DNA of 64,000 nucleotides from Sulfurospirillum sp. GTDB lineage: Bacteria > Campylobacterota > Campylobacteria > Campylobacterales > Sulfurospirillaceae. How positions within the stretch are numbered: the stretch's first letter is position 1; each line of letters begins with the position of its first letter. The notes beneath the pieces were generated by a model. That model worked only from the letters and a program-made list of their open reading frames with translations, was not told the DNA's origin and did no database searches. Positions 59,798 through 64,000 of this stretch are shown piece after piece. The position numbers were made by a program, and so were the translations under genes. The stretch lies in the NCBI GenBank assembly GCA_045047115.1, contig JASFYR010000014.1, positions 68,101 through 132,100 on the forward strand. The letters are read 5' to 3'.

Positions 59798-61090
59798 TTA
59801 TTTTTTATTGCTAGGAATGAATATAGAAGCTTTTGCTCCGGAGCTATTTTTTCTGTTTTTGAGAGATATTTTGATGTTTAGTGCATTTGCTGCACCCTTT
59901 GCCAGAAAAAGTCCAAGTCCGGCTCCGGATTTGTTTCCAAATCGTTTAAATGGAGCAAAAAGATCCTTACTTTCATCTATACCTCTGCCTTCATCGAGAA
60001 TCTCTATGAGATACCCCAATTCGGTTTTTTTTGCATATATAGATATAGTTTTTCCTGTGGGTGTAAATTTTATAGCATTTTGGACAAAGTTTTGGAGTAT
60101 ATGTATCAAAAGAGTGGGTTGGGTTTTAAATAAGTATTTCTCAGGGGAAATACTTATTTCAAATTTTTTTTCCTTCTGATAAGCTAGAATTCTAAAATTA
60201 TTTGCTTTCTCTTTTAGGAATTTTATCAAATCAATTTGAGTTGGCTCTTCAAACTGGGCGCTTTCTTGTCTCCCTATCTCTAAGATATTGCTTATCATTT
60301 TGTTCATTTCATCAATAGTTGAAATATTGTTCTTTAGTGCATCTTTGTATTTTTCTATATCTCTGGGTTTAAGAAGAGTTACTTCGTTTTTTGTCTTCAT
60401 GACTGCCAAAGGAGTTTTAAGTTCATGAGAAGCTCCTATAAAGAGCTCTTTTTGATACTGGGTAAATGTTTGTATTCTTTTGACAAGAGAGTTTATACTT
60501 TTACCAAGTGGGACAAATTCTTTTGGCAGGGTTTTTGGGTCAATGATTTGTAAAAAACTTTCGTTCATATTTGCCAGTTTCATTGTAAGAGATTTTATTG
60601 GCACAAGAAGCATTCGCGAGAGAAACAAAGCATAGAATAAAACGAGAAAAAGCATTATAAAGTTAATTGTTAATATATTTTTTAAAATCTCAGCAAGTAG
60701 TTTGTCTGTATCGGATATATTTCTTGTTATCGATATAAAGAGAGATTTTTTTTCATTATATGGATAATATATAGTTAAATAATGCACATTGTGTGCAACA
60801 GATGGTTCAAAACTAATTTTTGACTTTGCATCAATTCTTACAACTGTTTTTATCACTCTGTTTTGAGCCCGAAGAGAGGATGTAAATGAGTATTTTTCAA
60901 CTTTATTCAAATCTGAAGACTTTTCGACTGCTATCAATGCAGCCTCATTTTGAAGTGATTTTGTTAGATCTTTGTAGATAGATATTTTTATGTAGCTATA
61001 TAAAATAACTGAGAAGATTACAATTAGTATTATAGAAGCTAATACTAATTGTAATACAAAATTATACCTTATACTTTTTTTGGAAAGCAA
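59798..61090 (-). CDS. Sensor histidine kinase (CosS-like)
   Basis: Two TM segments, SHELKTPL, NAIKF, DEGRG, GAGLGL; coupled to regulator. Confidence 0.93.
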   Translation of the reverse strand: MLSKKSIRYNFVLQLVLASIILIVIFSVILYSYIKISIYKDLTKSLQNEAALIAVEKSSDLNKVEKYSFTSSLRAQNRVIKTVVRIDAKSKISFEPSVAHNVHYLTIYYPYNEKKSLFISITRNISDTDKLLAEILKNILTINFIMLFLVLFYALFLSRMLLVPIKSLTMKLANMNESFLQIIDPKTLPKEFVPLGKSINSLVKRIQTFTQYQKELFIGASHELKTPLAVMKTKNEVTLLKPRDIEKYKDALKNNISTIDEMNKMISNILEIGRQESAQFEEPTQIDLIKFLKEKANNFRILAYQKEKKFEISISPEKYLFKTQPTLLIHILQNFVQNAIKFTPTGKTISIYAKKTELGYLIEILDEGRGIDESKDLFAPFKRFGNKSGAGLGLFLAKGAANALNIKISLKNRKNSSGAKASIFIPSNKK

Positions 61091-61740
61091 AATCTATAAC
61101 CTCTTCGTCTGACAGTCTCTATGGTCGAGATGTCCAATGGTTTATCCATTTTTTGACGAATTTGGTTAATAGCTACCTCTATAACATTTGGAGTTACGAG
61201 TTCAGGCTCTTCCCAGATGGCATCTAAGAGTTGCTCTTTTGATACTATTTGGTCACTGTGGCGGGCTAGATGGGTAAGAACTTCAAAAGGCTTTCCTTTC
61301 AGTTCGATTTCTTGAGATTTGTATGTGATTTTTTCTTCATCAGGGTCAATCACCAAATCATCAATTTTGATTACATTTGTGCCACCAAATCGCAGGCGTG
61401 CTTCAATACGGGCAACCAATATATCAAAATCGAATGGTTTTTTTATGTAGTCATCAGCCCCGGCTTTAAGAGCTTTTATCTCGCTCTCTTTATCGTCTTT
61501 TGCTGACAATACAACTGCAGCAGTTCTTGGGGTTTTTTGCTTGATTATATTTACCAAATCAACGCCGTCACCATCTGGCAGCATCCAATCTACTAGTACT
61601 AAATCATAATTTCTGATACCTATATAATATTCTGCATCTTTAAAATTTTCAGAGCTATCTGTTTGATAGCCAAACTCTTGAAGTCCTTCGGCAATAGTTC
61701 TGCCCAGAGTTACTTCATCCTCTACAATTAGAATTCGCAT
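61069..61740 (-). CDS. hsrA: OmpR-family homeostatic response regulator HsrA/CosR
   Basis: IGIRNYDLVL, KGKPFEVLTHLARH, VIEVAINQIRQKMDKPL; folB-plsY synteny. Confidence 0.9.
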   Translation of the reverse strand: MRILIVEDEVTLGRTIAEGLQEFGYQTDSSENFKDAEYYIGIRNYDLVLVDWMLPDGDGVDLVNIIKQKTPRTAAVVLSAKDDKESEIKALKAGADDYIKKPFDFDILVARIEARLRFGGTNVIKIDDLVIDPDEEKITYKSQEIELKGKPFEVLTHLARHSDQIVSKEQLLDAIWEEPELVTPNVIEVAINQIRQKMDKPLDISTIETVRRRGYRFCFPKKV

Positions 61741-61819
61741 TATTGTTCCTTCTTTTAAATTTTGAAAAAGAGAATTATACCATAATTTTAGCTAGATTTA
61801 AAGTTTTTTTAATAATTTT

Positions 61820-62170
61820 TTAATTTTTTTTAAAGTTTTTTTTAATTTTTACACCTACTGTGCAATTACGCAATATGTCAGGCTTTGAAATTTTTAATTT
61901 TATCTGATTTGATTGGGGAAATTTCGTTTTTATCTCTTGGGCTAATACCTCAAGCGCCTCTTCAAGCAACTCAAATTTTTTGGTAATTAAGATGGATTTT
62001 ATCAATTGCGCAATATCTGCGTAATTGATAAAACTATCTTTATCATAGTGATATTTTATTTTTGCATCAACTATAATTTTTTGCTCATTCTCTCTCTCGT
62101 TTTTTAGTAATCCAATGATACCGTAAAATGTAAGATTTTTGATATGGATTTGCAAGTTTTCTTTAGACAA
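61820..62170 (-). CDS. folB: Dihydroneopterin aldolase
   Basis: IIGLL..ER...Q, INYA, LLEE, KP. Confidence 0.85.
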   Translation of the reverse strand: MSKENLQIHIKNLTFYGIIGLLKNERENEQKIIVDAKIKYHYDKDSFINYADIAQLIKSILITKKFELLEEALEVLAQEIKTKFPQSNQIKLKISKPDILRNCTVGVKIKKNFKKN

Positions 62171-62789
62171 CTCTTCTCTCTTTTCCTTTAAATAACCTTA
62201 TTATATTTGGAATATGTTTGTAAAAAATTATAAACCCTATGATTAGAACAGGAGCATGGGTTTGGATTTCATATATATTTGGATGAATGACAAATGAAGA
62301 AAAGATCAAGGTAGCCAACGCTAAAAGAGATGATACGGAGGATACTTTGACAGTTTTTACGGCTATTGCCCAAACTACCAGGGCTATAGTTGTTTCTATA
62401 GGAAGCATAAAAAAGAGTACTCCCATACCGGTTGCAACGCCTTTTCCTCCTTCAAATTTTAGATAGGGACTGTAACAGTGTCCAATTACACTAAGTATGG
62501 CGATAGCCCAAAGAGTCTCCGTGCTAAGTCCTATAAGTTTGGCAACAGATAGAACTACAACGCCCTTTAAAACATCACAAGCAAGAGTTGCAATTGCTAT
62601 CTTTTTTGCCAGTTTTGGATTTTCTTCTTTTAAAACTCTCAAAACATTTGTTGCCCCTATGCTTCCACTGCCAGCTTCTGTGATGTCAGTTTTTGCAAAA
62701 TATTTAGCAAAAATCAAGCCAAAAGGAATACCACCGACTAAATAAGCTACGATATAAAACTGTATATTTGTATTTAATAAAAAATCCAC
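62163..62789 (-). CDS. plsY: Glycerol-3-phosphate acyltransferase
   Basis: GSGSIGATNVLR, GHCYS, GGKGVAT, HIPNI. Confidence 0.96.
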   Translation of the reverse strand: MDFLLNTNIQFYIVAYLVGGIPFGLIFAKYFAKTDITEAGSGSIGATNVLRVLKEENPKLAKKIAIATLACDVLKGVVVLSVAKLIGLSTETLWAIAILSVIGHCYSPYLKFEGGKGVATGMGVLFFMLPIETTIALVVWAIAVKTVKVSSVSSLLALATLIFSSFVIHPNIYEIQTHAPVLIIGFIIFYKHIPNIIRLFKGKERRVV

Positions 62790-62875
62790 TTCTATCCTTT
62801 AAATTTTCTTTTTGAATTCTACCCAAAAATAAATTTAACTTAGCTTTTGCTATAATACGATGCAAAGGATTTAAT

Positions 62876-63868
62876 GTGAATAATGAAGAGCTAAAAATAG
62901 AAATAAACAAATTAAAAAATGAGCTGGATGTTAGTATTGTTGCACATTTTTACCAAAAAGATGAAGTTTTTGATATGGCTGATTTTAAGGGTGATTCATT
63001 AGAGCTTGCAAAATGGGCGGCTAAGGATGATAAGTCAAATCTTATATTTTGTGGAGTAGGCTTTATGGGTCAGAGTGTAAAGATACTTGATCCTTCAAAG
63101 AGGGTTTTTATGCCCAAGATTGCCTGCTGTGCAATGGCAAGAATGATAGATGTGGATTACTTTGATCAAAATATAAATATATTGGAAAAAGCAGGCATAA
63201 AAAAAGAGGATATCATGCCAGTTACTTATATAAACTCTTCTGCTGAGGTCAAAGCAAGGGTGGGAGAGATGGGTGGCTATGTATGTACCAGTTCAAATGC
63301 CAAGAAAATTATCACTAAAGCCTTACAAAGTGGCAAAAAGATACTTTTTGTACCTGATCGTTGTCTGGGTCAAAATATCGCAATAGATATGGGATTAAAA
63401 TCGTGTGTGATTGGCGATGGAGTTGATCCAAATAGTGCTGACATTATCTGCTACAATGGTTTTTGTTCTGTGCATCAACTTTTTGAGGTGGAAGATATAG
63501 AGTTTTATAGACGAAAGTATCCAGGTATATTGATAGTAACTCACCCTGAGTGCAAGCCGGAAGTTTGTGTAAAATCAGACTTTGTAGGCTCAACCTCACA
63601 AATTATCAAGTTCATAAAAGAGTTGCCGTTGGATCAAAAAGTAGCAGTCGGCACAGAGTTTAATATGGTCAACAGGCTAAGAGAGAAAAATACCTTTATC
63701 CTCTCTTCAACAAAACCCGAATGCCCAACTATGAATGAAACAACACTTGAAGATTTGTATAATGCTCTACTCTCAATAAAAGAGAAAAAATATGAAAATG
63801 AGATAACTATAAGTGAAGAGGTGAGAAAATACTCATATCTTGCACTAAAAAGAATGTTTGAAATTTAA
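62876..63868 (+). CDS. nadA: Quinolinate synthase
   Basis: AHFYQ, GDSL, YINSSA, CTSSNA, CSVH, HPEC, CPTM. Confidence 0.96.
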   Translation: MNNEELKIEINKLKNELDVSIVAHFYQKDEVFDMADFKGDSLELAKWAAKDDKSNLIFCGVGFMGQSVKILDPSKRVFMPKIACCAMARMIDVDYFDQNINILEKAGIKKEDIMPVTYINSSAEVKARVGEMGGYVCTSSNAKKIITKALQSGKKILFVPDRCLGQNIAIDMGLKSCVIGDGVDPNSADIICYNGFCSVHQLFEVEDIEFYRRKYPGILIVTHPECKPEVCVKSDFVGSTSQIIKFIKELPLDQKVAVGTEFNMVNRLREKNTFILSSTKPECPTMNETTLEDLYNALLSIKEKKYENEITISEEVRKYSYLALKRMFEI

Positions 63869-63898
63869 CCACCACATGTAGAGGTTGGACATATGGGG

Positions 63899-64000
63899 AC
63901 AAGGAATTTTTACGGAATTTACTTCCTTGTTAAGGGTATAAAAAATAGTAAAATTCTTGGCGACAGCCAAAGCTTCAGTCGCGAGGAATTTTTACGGAAT
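63899..64000. repeat. REP/MITE-like repeat region truncated by the window end
   Basis: aggaatttttacggaat at 63902-63918 and 63984-64000; hairpin acaaggaa...ttccttgt. Confidence 0.6.

Noticed and set aside
8014..62910. Numerous short antisense ORFs in the ORF track
   Set aside because: They lie opposite well-conserved genes and show no recognisable motifs; treated as shadow ORFs
63902..64000. CRISPR array
   Set aside because: Only two short copies visible, an 82-bp period with a self-complementary spacer, and no cas genes in the window

Overview
AT-rich chromosomal segment of a Campylobacterota (epsilonproteobacterial) genome, possibly Sulfurospirillum-like (tentative). Much of it follows the gene order known from Campylobacter: tcdA-surE; lpxB-greA-(argC)-lpxH-cheVAW-serB-tal; rplY-pth-lptG-lysA-HAD-pheA-hisC-fliFGH-dxs; ahpC/fdx-ndk-yceD-rpmF-plsX-fabH; tyrA/bamA; ppx-ferredoxin-kinase-CosR/HsrA-folB-plsY/nadA. 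Two accessory regions stand out. (1) A ~2.2-kb island (5428-7604) is bracketed by a 16-bp perfect inverted repeat. It holds the catalytic 3' end (domains V-VI) of a group II intron directly in front of an intact cfa gene, followed by right-end fragments of two IS256-family and one probable IS4-family element. (2) A ~14.3-kb, tightly packed operon (40481-54812) encodes two divergent sets of Hyf-like (Ehr-type) membrane-complex subunits. Both large subunits lack the NiFe-binding CxxC motifs. Inside the operon, a 261-bp MITE-like element (30-bp TIRs, 5-bp TSD) has inserted between the RBS and the start codon of hyfE1. The element is one uninterrupted 89-codon ORF that starts at the native RBS and ends in an ATGA overlap with hyfE1, so it may be translationally 'invisible' to the operon. 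Several perfect 26-34-bp palindromes mark gene ends. All assignments come from reading motifs by eye; no database searches were run.
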